Positions 30,869 to 44,827 of a DNA stretch of 64,000 bases are shown here, one piece after another. The first letter of the stretch is position 1; each line of letters begins with the position of its first letter. The stretch is from Chrysomallon squamiferum. Its lineage: Eukaryota; Animalia; Mollusca. A program made the position numbers and the translations under genes. The notes under the pieces were generated by a model. The model made no database searches. It worked only from the letters and a program-made list of their open reading frames with translations, and was not told the DNA's origin. The stretch is from contig CM022678.1 of the NCBI GenBank assembly GCA_012295275.1, forward strand, positions 9,300,001-9,364,000, read 5' to 3'.

Positions 30869-32744
30869 ACAAATTATATTCAAAACCAAAAAAAATAAAA
30901 AACCAGACCTAATAATAAAATATGAATTTTGTTGATTATGAAATATAAAATCAAAAAGCGCCCCAAAACCCCATCCTCTTTTAACTAGATATTAAGATTC
31001 ATAGATTTACTTTATGCTAAATTTAAAGTTACCATGTGATTCATACTTTTTATTTACAAAAAATGTGTTATTTAACAAACCATGAAAACTGAGACACTTC
31101 AGACAACAGAGACAACAGACAACAGCTACTGTACATATGTCTCATGTCTTTTAGTATGTCTGTCATCACAGGAACAGTCACACTGTCTGAAGGGCTGGCA
31201 GTTCCAATCTGGTAACAGGAAAGTTAAACATTTTAAAATATGATGCTTCTTGTTTTCTTCTTTTGTTTTATCATATAGAAATTTACAACAAAATAATCAT
31301 ATTTATATGAATGTAATTATAGGAATGTGCCTGACAAATGTACATGGTAAAAAGTGTACTGAGTGTTTACAAGATACTAATGTAATTTGTCTGTATGTGG
31401 ATGTCTACCTATTGATATATTATTAACAAACTGCAGCCTCCTGCATTAAATTAAATTAAACTTAATTATGTTTAGAACAATGAGAAATATTTAAATAAAA
31501 ACAGCTCAAATTAAAAACAATGCAGCAGTACAAACTTTATTGAAGCAGACTATAATTGTGTCCTCAGTGCCTGATGGAAGTTCACTGGATGTGTTAAAAG
31601 TTGTAATTACTCTGAACATTTTAAAACTGCTTGTTCAAAATGTTGAATTTAAAGTATGAGGTCTCTTTAGGCTATATGATAAATTATACAAAAAATGCAC
31701 CCCAAATATCATTCTCCTTCTCCCTCTCTCCCTGTCTCTCCATTCCTTAATCCTCTCTCTTTTTACATTCATACATTTGCATGTTTAACTGAAATCATCA
31801 TAATCCTTCTCCTTCTTTTCAGCTATCATTTAATAATCAAAGTAGAAAAATGAACACTTTAACTATTCTTCAGCTTCAACTGAAATATAATTTACCATAT
31901 ACTTTCCAAAATATAGAATGAAGAAAGTAAATTAACTTTAATGAGTCAAACAAACTGAATTTACTACAAAAAAAAAATATTTCAAATTTTAATATTTAAC
32001 AAGATAATAATTTAAATAAATATAAAATAAATAAATAAACAAAAACAACAGCATACCTGACGGCCGGGACAGCACATTCTACTGAAACAACTTCACTGGC
32101 ATATGCCAACATCAGCGCATCAATTAGAGCTATATGTACATTCTAAAAAAAAAAAATATATAATAATAATAATAATAATAAAATAATAATAAAAATAATA
32201 ACTAAGCAGTTATAAATAAATAACTAACACTTCTGTTATTATGAAAATTTAAATTTAACTTTATAATTCAGACAAAGTGGGCTGTGGGATATCTTCGATA
32301 CATTTTGTTATTAATAAATAATGTAACATAATTATTATAATATTAAATTGATTACAAACAACAGCAAATAAGGATTTTTACTATGCTATTTTATAATCAA
32401 TAAAGAGTCCTACAAAACTTATTTTACTCTCTAAGACACAAAATTAAAATAAAAAACTCACATCTCAGAATCATCTGAGAATGGTGAAGTCTACATAAGA
32501 ATGGTTTCTGTAACATTGCTAACAAGTGATTCATCCTTCTCCATGATGTAAATTCCCTTTCTTGACAGTCCTGAATAGTGGCCTACAAAAAATACCAGTA
32601 GTAAATATAATGTTTATTATTTTTTGTTATCAATCTACGTTTGCCAGATAAATGCATTTTTCTCTGCTTATTATGATTATCGTTTGTGAATGTTACAATA
32701 AATTTAGTTACATATGAAATTGCCAACACACACACACACACACA

Positions 32745-32813
<69 letters not shown>

Positions 32814-32979
32814 AATACGATTATAGTTTATACGGCGAATACATCTCTCTCTGTTTCTCTCACACATACAATGAAATGCATGAATGAATGCTACAATCAA
32901 TGAATCCTACTTAATTAGTTAAAATTGTTTAATTACATTACAAAATTTACATCATGTTTACCTCGTTCCATGGCTGAAA

Positions 32980-33870
32980 ATGTCCGCATATCTCCGCATC
33001 CGATTCACGCTTGGATTCACACAAACATAAAACATCCCAATCCATTTCGATTCTCGTGAAGTATTTCCAAAATTCTATTAAATTGAATAATCAACAAATA
33101 AAACGTTACCGAATTAAAAATAAAAATAGTCTGGCTATCTAGCATCAGTTCAAATTGGTTTGAAAAGCGTAGCATACATTCGAATCCGTGTATGTTTGAA
33201 ATATCGTGGTTTATCGAGACTGGTCTAGGCTGAACCGAATTTTATTTAGTATTTAAGAAGTTATTAATTTGTTTATTCTTATAAAAATTATTACAAAATT
33301 TGTAGAAATTAATTCCCCGAAACAACCACCACCACCACCACCACCACAAACAAACAAAAGAATTCCTCAGGGTTAAAAATTAAAGTTTAAATGAAACAGA
33401 TATATGATTGTATTTTATTTTATTTTATTTATTTATTTAATTATTATTATTATATTTTATTTTTTTTTTTTTGGCACCGGCCTTTTTCTGAGGAGAACGG
33501 ATTGTGCTGTATATGTACATTATTTTGCTAGGCAAAATATATATAGAGGACTCGAATGTCTCCGTCTATTCGGCCGAAATGATCCGAACGATACTGGGTC
33601 AGCGAGACTCGTGGTTTTGTTTATCAAGACTACAGATAACTGCATCCTTATCCGGTTTAGAAAGTTCGTGTTTATAAACCGATGTTGGCAAATTAAGGTG
33701 AACCATTAAGTACATTTTGTCGAACTACTAGCAAACCTTTTATCTGAAAGAAATATTTGAGATTAATACTGGCTCTTGTGTTATATCTTGTAGAAAAAGG
33801 GACTATCCCATAACACTTTTACCATCCCAGTCGCCGAAACGGAACTTTGGTCGCAATTTATTCTGACTAA
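32980..33870. promoter_or_regulatory. CpG-enriched candidate bidirectional promoter
   Basis: Local excess of CpG in CpG-poor DNA, lying between a minus-strand first exon (donor at 32961) and + strand exons starting ~34135. Confidence 0.5.
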
Positions 33871-35439
33871 ATAATTTATAATTTTAATATTTTACGTAAC
33901 TTTTAAATAACATATTTATTTATTTATTTATTTTGTTTTGTTTCCAAATGATATAACTTTGAATTATATGAATTTTATAACTTTTATTTGTTTTGTTTTG
34001 TTTTTTAATTTTATATATTAAACTAGGGTTATCAATGATAAATACTTTTTTTTTTTTTTTTTTTTTTTTTTTCAGACTAATTTTATCAGTGATAAATTTT
34101 ACATTTTTTTAGTTAATTAATTTTATTGATAAAGGTTATCAGGATAAACATGCCCTCTTTTGTCCAGAAAAAAGGCCAAGTTCTCTCAGGCCTAGGATGA
34201 CCACTTGACCATGTGTGTAGTGCAGAGTTCAGTGAACAGCAATCACTTCTCCAGTCCTGGCAGTTAAGAAAATTGTGTACAGACTCAAGACACTCAGATG
34301 TGCTCAACATGTTTGTAAACAGATGCTGGGTATAAGTAATTCAGTTTACTAATAGATTTTATAAATTACTTAATGCCATCTGAATGTTTCAATATTACCG
34401 TTATATATAGTTTTATTGTTTATTTGTAAATAATGATAATATGTATTATTATGAACATGTATAAAAATAAATATGATTTAAAAAAGGGATATGCAGATAT
34501 TAATTTCATACAAATTTAAATTTGTGCATCAATAAACAATAGTAATCATAATCATAGTAATAATAAAATTGAAAATAATAACAAGAAGAAAAAGATGAAT
34601 AATAATGATGATGATGATAATAACTGATAATAATAAAAAATAAAATAAGAAGGTAGATTTTCAAAAATGGTAACAAGCAAATATTGTAATGTTAAAGTAT
34701 TTACTGTTTTTGAAATTTATTTACTTTATTTTTTGTTTTAGGGCAAATGTAGCTGCATATCTCAGCATCAACAGTGTTCTGCCAACCTGGTTACTCACCA
34801 AGAGGCTTGTAGACAGAGACAGCAGGGAACTAGTTAATGTAAGAGTTTTGTGTTTGACTGTCATGTTCTAAGTTAATAGTTTAACTACACCTTGATACAA
34901 ATCCTCAGAGTAATTAATCTACAGTATTTGTTTTTTAAAAAACATTATATTTTATACAAATAATGCATGATAAGAAAATGTAAACTATTGGAACTTTATA
35001 TATTGATCTATATTTATGTAGGAATCAACTTGTTTATTTTATTTTATTTTTTATTAAACAATTGATATCTCTATATCTTTGTGACACATTAACACTAATT
35101 TTTTTAAAACATACATTAATATGAAAATAAATTATATTTTTTTTATTTTTACCTCATCATTGTTAATATTACAGGTAATCATTTTTATAATTTTTTTACT
35201 TTTGTTTTTACATAATTATTGTTGATATGTTTTCAGCTACTATTCCCATTTATTCAAATTTATTAGTTGTTTTCCTCAGTTTCAAAAACAATTGCTAAAG
35301 TTTTGTTAATTATAATAGTTACTAGTTTTTCTCTTCTTTTTTTTACTGAAAATCATTATTTTTGTTTTATTTGTATTAACTTTAAGTGTCCATAGTCAGG
35401 AGTAAAAATAAAAAAATGTTAAGATTATGTTGTAGAGCA

Positions 35440-37960
35440 TCAGTTGATTCTTCTAACAGTATTTTATCATCAACATAAGAATAAGAAAAAGACTTTAAAT
35501 AAACATTAAATTCTTCACTACATGTTGTAATTGATTCTAGTCCATTTGCCTTATTAACTATAAGAAATTTGTCTAAGTCTTTTAGAAAAACAGAAGAATA
35601 AAAATGGTTATTCTTTTTTCTCTTTGCCTGACACCAATTTCACAATTAAAACTGTCAGATAACAAACTGTTTGCTGTAATTCTAGCCTTAGTATCTTCAT
35701 ACATATTTACTAAGACAATAAAACATTTTCCATTTATACCAGACCTAATTAATTTATTGCATAATCAAACGCTTTCTCAAAATCTATAAAAGCACAATAC
35801 TATTTCTTTTTACATTTGTTCGTTAAAATAATTAGCGAGTATAAAGAAAATATATGGTCTGTCATGGAATAATTTTAACGAAATCCAGCTTGATTTTCTG
35901 AAATCAGGTTTGTTTCATCTGCACACTTATTTAATCCAGAATTAAGTACAGAAGTAAATAATTTACCTAAGCAAATTAATAATGTGATATGTCTATAATT
36001 TTCAGGTTCATTTCAAGCACCTTTATTTTTATATATTGGTTTGATGAGTTCCACTAACCAATCGGATGGTATAATTGCTGAGTCAAGAATAACATTAAAC
36101 AATAGACTAATAGTACATATAAAAGCAGCATTACATTAGCTGTATAATTAACATATTCACTGATAATAAAGTCTTCTACAGCTGATCAATTACACTGGAG
36201 TCTCTTCACTAGATATTTCTTTGGCTGAAAAAGTCTTGTTCAAAATATCATTAGTGGTTTCTTATCATTAGTGTGTTATTCTTCTGTTGGTGTTACATGA
36301 TCAGGCAAATTTTCATCAACATTGAAATTAACAGTTTTGAAAAAATGAAATAAAGAAGCAATTGACAGATCCACTTTTGACCATCCCTGTTTATTTCTGT
36401 TTAGAACTGACCACAACTGAAGTTGGGTTTTGAAGTTTTTAGTATTTTCATTTTTTGTTTAATATTATGTTCTATATTCCCTAACAGCTCTGTTTAATGT
36501 TTGTTTATACTGATTCTCTTCATACTTCAAGTCAGCTTTCAGTATGCTTCCACCATATTGTTTATATCTTCTTCTGGCTTTTCTGACTTCCTTTCTTGCA
36601 GCTTATTATAAGGATTTTTCTTTATTACATTATTAGGTGGGTTTCTTCCCAAACCACACACATTAATCTCTGTTATTTTTAAAACATAAGGGCTTATTTC
36701 TTTATGATTTTTGTTTGGGGTATTTTTACAAATGAGAGAGTTTACTGACATTTACTCAACACTGTTTTTGCTTTGTAAGACTTGTCCTCCTCCCTTGTTG
36801 TATTGCACTGACTCAATTGGCTTGTCTTGGTGAGAGGTTGGCTTGTGTTGCTGTGGTCTATATTTTTGTTTCATTTGGCTGAGTTGTTATGTTTGTGTTA
36901 CTGGCTTCTGTCCCATCCTCCTCTCATAGTCTAAACAGCCTGCCCTCCATATACAATTTATCACCATTTAAAGTCGCTCTTTTCCTTTGCCTTTTGCTGA
37001 TTTGTAATCTGGATGCAGTAATTTCCTCCTGTCATTAATTTCTTTCTGGAATTGTTCATTAACCCCTGTATTGTTTTTTGCTTGTTTATCAGCTTGTTTT
37101 GGGTAAAGCTGTTCTCACTATTTCTCTGTCTTTATATAAAATGAATTTTGCAACAAATAGTCCTTGTATATCCACCAAACTTCCTCCCCATTCAGTGCAC
37201 TCTGTGAAAGTCAGTATTATTTTCTACTTTCATTTAATTTTTTATAAACCTTTTCAACTCCTCTTCTGTGTCTTCCTCATCTTTCTCTGGTATCCAACTG
37301 AAGAATAAATTGTCACACATGAAGTGAGTTTGAAGGTCTTTGTGAGTTTTACTCTTAAGTTTCCAAACTCGGTTTTTAATTCACATATTTGTTTCATACT
37401 GTTATTATTATCTCTAAGTTTACAGTAAAACTGTTATATCTGACACAACAGATTTCAAAGTTCTGAGATCCTTTTTATTCCTTTCAAACTGTTTGTTATT
37501 GTAATTCATACCCATTTCCATATGCTGCACTTTTTTTTTTGATATCCATCACTTTACCAGTAATGTCTTGTACAGCTATATCCATACCATTCAGTGGTTT
37601 CTCAATCAGGTGAAGTTTTTTCAATTCATCACACATCATATCTAACTTTCTAGTCAAAGCATCTGATTTTATACTGACATCTTACTTGTGCACAACTGGT
37701 GAAGTTAAACCAGAATACTGACTGTGGGATCCATAGTGTGTCCATGTTGTCCATACTGAGACTGCTGAGCTGTTGAATTGGTGTTGATGATAAAATGGTG
37801 CAGATGAACATCCAAGCTCACTGTTTGTGTATTTGACATCCTCCATATGTGACTTCTTGACCAGCTTAGCTACTGCTTACCCTTATTTTCTGTTCTCTTC
37901 TCCACTTACATTTTTACTCTTATTTATTCTCTTTTTACTTTTTTTATTTTTATGTTTGGG
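35440..37960 (-). mobile_element. Non-LTR retrotransposon copy 1: RRM-type ORF1, endonuclease almost entirely deleted, partial RT
   Basis: ORF1 has NLFFSWIPE..EDTEEELKRF..DFHRVH, VAKFILYKDREIVR, GVNEQF. ORF2 starts LKITEINVCGL. RT has PENYRHITLLICLGKLFTSVLN, ENQAGFR, YCAFIDFEKAF, IGVRQ, YVDD. Confidence 0.88.
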
Positions 37961-39615
37961 ACAGGTTTAAGGTTTGTTTCACTGCTGCTGTGATAGTTGT
38001 TGCATTGATGGGAAACTTTGTGATTTCTATGAGCTTTTAGGAAACAGGGCTAGAAGATGTTTTTATTGCCACTCACTGGAGCAAAAATAAATCATATTAT
38101 CTGTAATGTTATCAACATTTTTTTTAAAATAAATTTCATTTCTATATTTCTAAATGCCAGCTTATACACAAATGATACATATAGCCATACTTTTTTATCC
38201 TAATTATTATGTTTTTAAACTATTAACAGAATATATCACATATAAATATCAAATACAGTTTTGTTTTTCTATACACACACATACATACACACACACCTAC
38301 AGACTCTCAGTTTTTGTAATGCTAGACAGGGAGAATGTTTTATTGAAAACAGCATCAGTTTATGGATTTTGACACACTGCAGTTTGTGTTAATGAATTTA
38401 TTTGTTTTTTTTAACTATTATTTTTAAAATTATTTTAAATACATTTCTTAGTAATTCTTTGTGTTTTTCCAAAATATTTAAATTACCTGCTGACTTATTG
38501 GATTTATTACTCTGTTATTTTTGCGTTTCAGAATGGATGACAATAAACCAGCTGAAAATGCAGAAAATGGTTGCAGTGAAAAGGTAAGTAAAGTTTTAAT
38601 TATGTTTTGTATGGATGTAATGATACAGGAGAAACATGTATTTTATTTCTTGGAGGGATAAACACCAACAAGAAGTAAGTTTTATTTGTATAACAAACTG
38701 TAAATGATAATTAGATTGACAATATCATACTGTTATCAAGAAACACATTTTTCTTTTCTTCTTTTTTCCTTAAATCTTTTCTGAATAGGCTGTGTTGGCA
38801 GTTTGTTGTCTAAAATGTTTTTGTTTTTTAATTTTTTATTTGTTTCCAGAAGTAACACTGGGTGTTTGTTGTGGATTTGTTGTTTTTAGTTTTTTGTTTT
38901 TGTTATCATTAATGTTTGTTTTTGTTATTATTAATATGCATTTTAACGGTTGAAGATTTATTTCTTTTTATATCACATTATTCTTAGATATTTAAAACTA
39001 AATCATTGAGAATATTGTTAACTGTTTAGATTTATAACAAATATACCTTCACTTTCTGTGTTGCCTTCACACATTGGAATTGCTGAGAATATTAACTAGC
39101 ATTACACATTATATATTTATTTATTTTCACTCTCCTGTTTTCTTATCAACACTACAGCTGTTTTATGATTATATTTGAAGATGATGAATCTAAGGATTAA
39201 CAGAGAATATGTTTAAAAAAACAACAAATATCTTTTCTAATATGTTAATGTTATCTTCAGTTTTTATCTGTGTATAATTAATTTAAATATGTAATGTACT
39301 ACAGGAAATTAGTAAATCAACATCAATAACTAAATTAAAATTATATATTAAAATCTTGGTTGATCAACTCATTTTATATAGGAATGTGATTTCATGTTTT
39401 GTTTTATTTTCTTTCTTTCCTAAAGGGTTATGAAACAACTGCTCCATTTGGAAAAGCTCTGGAGATGTCAAGGAGATACACAGAAGGTGAACAATCTTTA
39501 AATTTTAAAGTTCTTAGTAATCTGTATCTAAGAAAACATAGTAACAGAAATGATTATGATAATAATGGTGGTGATTATGCTAATGTTAATATAATAATTA
39601 CAAATAAATGTTAAC

Positions 39616-39654
<39 letters not shown>

Positions 39655-39857
39655 ATTATTATTATTATTAACTTTAATTTTTGTGTTAAGGCAAAAATGT
39701 ATTTTTATATCATGTTTTTGTTTTTGACACTCAATGTTGATCCTAATAATTAAGGAAATATATATTTTTTTTATAAAAATAATTTTTTTTTTTTTTAATA
39801 AACCTTAACAGTTTTTAAGTAAAGTTGGGAATTACACAAACATAGCAAAACTTAACT

Positions 39858-39896
<39 letters not shown>

Positions 39897-40744
39897 AGCT
39901 AACCTGAAATATATTTTCTTTGATTTTTATTTAGGAATTTGTTTTTATTTTTTCCTATGAGATATAATCCTATCACAATTTTTGGCTCATCATAAATAAT
40001 TAGTAGTAGCCAGGATGCCTGCCAAAAATGTCTGCTAGATCATTATAGAAGTTCAAGATGAAAGAGGAAATAAAACAGAGAAATATACTCAGTGAATACA
40101 GATAGCACAAACAGTTAGCTGGAAACAATTTTGAGTTTGTTAATTGTGGCTGATCCAGCTTTCCTTCCAAAATTGCTAAATAAGTAATCTTGATTTGCAA
40201 ACTTAATTGTGCAAGCTGAAAATAAATCTCTTTCTGGTTTTGCAGGTGATTTTGAGAGAAAAATCCTGAAGATGACAAATTCATCTGATACAGTTACAAG
40301 CCAGACAGAGGAATTCAATAAAACAGAAACATTTTCTGAAGTAAGTGGTCTGTATATATTTTATAATAATAAATAATAGCAATATGTTTAAGTACATATG
40401 TACATATGACTGCAGGGCTTATAATGGCCAGTCACCAAATGCTACCAAATTTCTGTTTGGGTGACTGGGATGTTAAAAAAAAGATTTGATTTTTCTTTCT
40501 CTTGATAAAGTAGAATTTCAGTATCACATCTGCTGGTATATTTGCATAAGTAACTCTTCGAAGCATATTTTTTATCTTACTTCAAAAGTTAATGATCAAT
40601 ACATGTTTTCCTACACTCAAAAGCTGAAATATGAATATTTTTTGTTGGGGCTACCAAAAACAAATTAGTGTCACTCAATTTATTTCAGATGAGTTTTGAG
40701 CCTTGTTTGTATGTTTGTATTTACTTAGATATGGTGTTTTTTGT

Positions 40745-40784
<40 letters not shown>

Positions 40785-40909
40785 TGTGTGTTTTTCAAGG
40801 TGGTATTAAATGCTTTGTTTTGGTTAGAGTCATCTGATTGTGTGTAATCTTGTCTGCACTGTGTATACTGAATCCCTCTGTACAGGTTTGAGCAAACAAC
40901 TGATTAAAA

Positions 40910-41115
40910 CATGTATAATTACATGTAACATGACATGATATCTTCAGTCCTAGTTTTCAGTTATGTGTATTTAAATCATGTATAATTACATGTAACATGA
41001 CATGATATCTTCAGTCCTAGTTTTCAGTTATGTGTATTTAAATCATGTATAATTACATGTAACATGACATGATATCTTCAGTCCTAGTTTTCAGTTATGT
41101 GTATTTAAATCATGT
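40910..41115. repeat. Tandem repeat, 67-bp unit, 3 copies
   Basis: catgtataattacatgtaacatgacatgatatcttcagtcctagttttcagttatgtgtatttaaat at 40910, 40977 and 41044. Confidence 0.95.
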
Positions 41116-41710
41116 AGAGTTTTTTCAGGTGTGTGCATTTTATTTATACTGACTTTTTATATTACGCTAAGGTTTCTTTATTTCAGTCTGTGCAGACATT
41201 AGTTAAATTAGGAAACACCTTTTGAGTTCAGCAGTTCATGTTGCATCCATCATTTTCCTTAACTAGCAAAATATCAGCAATATCCAGATTTGTTTCCCCA
41301 TTAGGACAGCTGCCTCAAATGTATATTTTTATTTCAGTTCACCAACTTATCAGATGAAGAATTCAAAGTAAGTAAATTTCTATTCTGCTTTTATTTAGAA
41401 TTTCACTTAAAGATGTAATTTGTTATTTTAAATTAATGATATCACAATTTATGTCATTGAAATCTTTCAATATGGTAAACAATACTTATGTGAAAAAAGA
41501 CTATTTATTCAGTTAGCATAGTTTCTTTGTTTTGGACAGGGTGTATTCTTTTAGTTTTTATTAAATAGAGTAAAAATTCTTCTTTTTCCACTTTTATGTT
41601 TAACTTATTATACTAGACAATCTTCACTCATTTTAGTTTATTACGAAAAGAGATCGGGGCCTGATGTTTTACTATTTAAAAAGTCATTTTGTAGATACAA
41701 ATGTTAAAAA

Positions 41711-41758
<48 letters not shown>

Positions 41759-41921
41759 TATATATATATATATCTCATGGCATATGCTTAGTCTTTCAGG
41801 GATTTTATGTTTCCTGTTTATGAAATGATGTCAAAACTAATAAAATGTCTGCTTATTATTTTATTAATATACTTTATTATTTTCAGAGTAATGTCACTTC
41901 AGTGTTTTTACATTACCTTTT

Positions 41922-41952
<31 letters not shown>

Positions 41953-43199
41953 ACGGTTTATTTTTGGTATTTTAAATAGACTAAGTTCCTTCAAGATGGA
42001 CAAATTAACTCTAGAGCAGAGAAAAGAGACTCAAGAAAGGTCTTGGGACATTGCTGAAAAGAATGGCGACCAAGAACTACATGGCTTAAAGAGTGATGTT
42101 GAGGTGTGTGTGAAATCAGTTCATAAAGAAAAACATATCTACATTAATTTTGTTGAAGGTGTTTCTGTTATGAAAAATTCTACTTCAGCTTTAATTATGT
42201 GAATCTAATTAATCTTTATTTTAGACATATTTGTTATCTCTTTAGATTATCTTTCAGTAAATAATTTGAATTGATAACTGCATCATTAGATCTCATTAGA
42301 ATACAAAACATAAGATTTAGAAAAGGTTATAGTTCAATTTTTAGTTTTCTATAATTATATTGATTCATGCTGTGTTAATTTATTGAATTGTTTTATAACA
42401 AGGAAAGGTCAGTATTTACTGAATGACATTCAGATCTTTCATCACATATATTTATAGGAACTGAAGAAACCAATATACTAAACAGTGGATTTAAACAGTT
42501 TATTTTCAGAGGTTAAATCAGCTTGTTAAGGATAAAAATATTCAAGAAATTGTTGATAAATTCAAAGTCAAACTGACATTTTGGAACAAAGAGCAGCTCA
42601 AGTCTCCAGTAGAGTTGAAGTATTTGGTGCTGTCCAGCAGGTATTTAAATACATTAGTCATTGTAAACCTTTCCATTTTGCTTCAGTTTTTGACAAAATT
42701 CTATGCAAAATATTTTCTCTTATACTGAATTAAGCAGCCTACATGAAAATATAATACAATAAGGAATAATCATTAAGACAACTCATGAAATGACACAGCA
42801 ATTATAAAAATAACAGATCACACTCTGATTTTAAGTTCTTTTTACTTTTCTCTATCCTTTTACTTTATTTATTTATTTATTTATTTATAAATATAAAAAG
42901 GAGTAATAATTAATAACCAGAGAATTCTACAAGTAAAAGTCAGGACAAATAAAATGTGTGTTTTTACAGGAGATGAGACTCAGTTGTACAGTGACAATGA
43001 CTTCATTCTCATAAACTGTAGATTACAGTACAGAGAAGAATCTATTTCAGCTATATAATAACAAAAATAAAATGCAGATGTGTAGAAGGACATACTCTCA
43101 CATACAGTTCTATTAACAAACAGCTTTTTTAATACAAATATATTTTTACTGTTAAACTAATTATTACATGAAATTATATTTGAATGTCTCATATATTTA

Positions 43200-44823
43200 T
43201 CTGATATACCTTTTCTAAGTCTTGCAGTAGTTACAAAAAACTGTTTTTGACTTTTTGGGAAGGTTCTTAGGATTTAGTTGTCTTTGTGCTTGTCCAGACA
43301 CATTACACACCTGCTGTTTGATGTTGCATGGGGGAGTCTGTTTCCAACCTGAAGGTCTGTAATCTTGGAGGTGTTTGTCTGTGTACTGATTCACTTTCAC
43401 TGGTAACGGACAGAGATAACTGCCCACAAGTTGATGGCAGAGTTTTTCAACAAACACATGGAATGTAAACACTCTTTGCCCCTGGGGATTATGCGGCTGA
43501 TAAGGCCACATGATTACGCTTGCATTATTCACAGCCCATTTAAAAAACTTCATAATAAGATGACGTGGCCAGTTGTAATGACGTCTGCTCTGATGCAGCT
43601 CAGTAAGTTGGTCATTTTTATGCATTGTAACTTTGGACAGCTTTTGGACATCCCACTGGAAGTCTTCTGTGCTCTTTACTATCATATCTTTGTACATGTA
43701 CTGGGTGGGGTGGGCTATTAAATGCAGAAGCTACAAAATAAACGGGCTTTTTGTTGCACCAAACAATTGATGCTACAATTACATTGAACAATAGTTCAAA
43801 CTGCCTCATCTGATTTGAGTTTTTGATTTGATCAATTTGTTTTGAAAAAGTTTGTGATTTGTAAGTGCAGTGCCCACTAGGCAGATTCATCTCTTTTTCG
43901 GCAAAAACTCACACAAATATACACCAGTGTAGAGTCTGTCTGTAAACACACAGTAATGCTGGTCATGAAACGGTTCCAACATATGAACAACAAGGTTTCC
44001 AGTCGCACCAAGATTTTTAATGATTTCAGCATCCTTCCTGCGACCTGTATATACTTCTGTATTTGAAATGTTGCCATTCTCACTGTCACAAATTAGGAAG
44101 GTGTTGATACTTTATCAGTTTATGTTTGATATACTGATTTATAGATAGGGAGTTTCTTTTTATCAGAATCATTTCCTCATCAAGTGACAGATTGCTTCTT
44201 GGTGTATAACGCAACCTGAATTTTTCAAACAAGTGATTGAACATGAGCCTTGATTTGTAAATTTTATCAGATTTGTCTAGCTCTGAGTCAATTTCATTTA
44301 CACTATGGAGCAAAGACCATATTGCTAAAAATCTATCTCTTGTAAAAATCTGTGAAAATTCAGGTGTGATGGTCAAGAAATTTTCCTTATCTCACCAAAA
44401 TTGTTCTTAGCGGTCCTTGTGAATAAACATTTCCATTGCTACTTGACAGCCAAAAAATGTTTTTATCTCTGTTAGTGAACTAAACTATTTTGCATACTGA
44501 TGTGAGGGATTTTGCTTCTCCAACAACAAAGAGCTGCCACAAATCATCATTTCAGAATAACGTCAAAAAGTCAGCAGGGCTGCTGTCATTATTGATTCCA
44601 ACACTTCATTCTCATCCTCAGAATCTGACATTATCATTCATAATGACTGCTTGGTTGTCACTTTCTTACCACTCATGTTTATGGCAAAAAATACTCCAAG
44701 AACTGCAATCGTTTGCCAAAAATTCATTGAAGCTTCCTGCTGGAAGTATGACTGAGTATACAAGCGGGTGTACTATATATACTATATGCTCAGCCAGAAA
44801 ACTGACCTGACGGCTTCAAAGGG
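43200..44823 (-). mobile_element. Decayed piggyBac (PGBD4-like) DNA transposon with one recognisable terminus
   Basis: FSQIFTRDRFLAIWSLLH, DKIYKSR, YTPRSNLSLDEEMI, VWCNKKPVYFVAS, CPKAVQSYN, NDQL, C-terminal FCNYCK. The minus-strand end reads TTAA|CCCTTTGAAGCC (TTAA at 44824-44827). Confidence 0.9.
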
Positions 44824-44827
44824 TTAA

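Larger units (their letters stand above)
17723..32971 (-). pseudogene. CAMSAP: CAMSAP/patronin intron-containing pseudogene, internally deleted. Exons 32971-32962 (tentative start), 32582-32462, 32142-32057, 31208-31081, 30701-30463, 18729-18566, 17853-17723
   Basis: AG/GT-bounded exons translate to IQ/LSRKGIYIMEKDESLVSNVTETILM*TSPF; NVHIALIDALMLAYASEVVSVE; VPVMTDILKDM...CLLSLL; DICLKDGLGIANSLHNLRLTKTFCERHLP/FFHFTYEDLLYTRDSV*ENLLAFLTELFFWFE (CAMSAP CH domain); ELAKSDAKHFVILFRDGGCQYRALYSFTPETDEVIKICGVGPKEITNNMIHRFCK and YNSRAKSFTDI/SKHLSVSIDAVVIHNSLWKTGKPP (CKK domain). Several in-frame stops and frameshifts. Confidence 0.92.
34135..42640 (+). pseudogene. Decayed multi-exon gene with degenerate KH-like segments (possibly PARP14/DTX3L-type). 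Exons ~34135-34336, 34742-34838, 38532-38583, 39426-39486, ~39935-40340, 41187-41367, 41980-42103, 42458-42640
   Basis: A consistent series of + strand AG/GT-bounded exons with in-frame stops. KDKNIQEIVDKFKVKLTF.../SRVEVFGAVQQ and ELHGLKSDVE resemble KH helix-strand-strand-G patterns. The family call is tentative. Confidence 0.5.
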
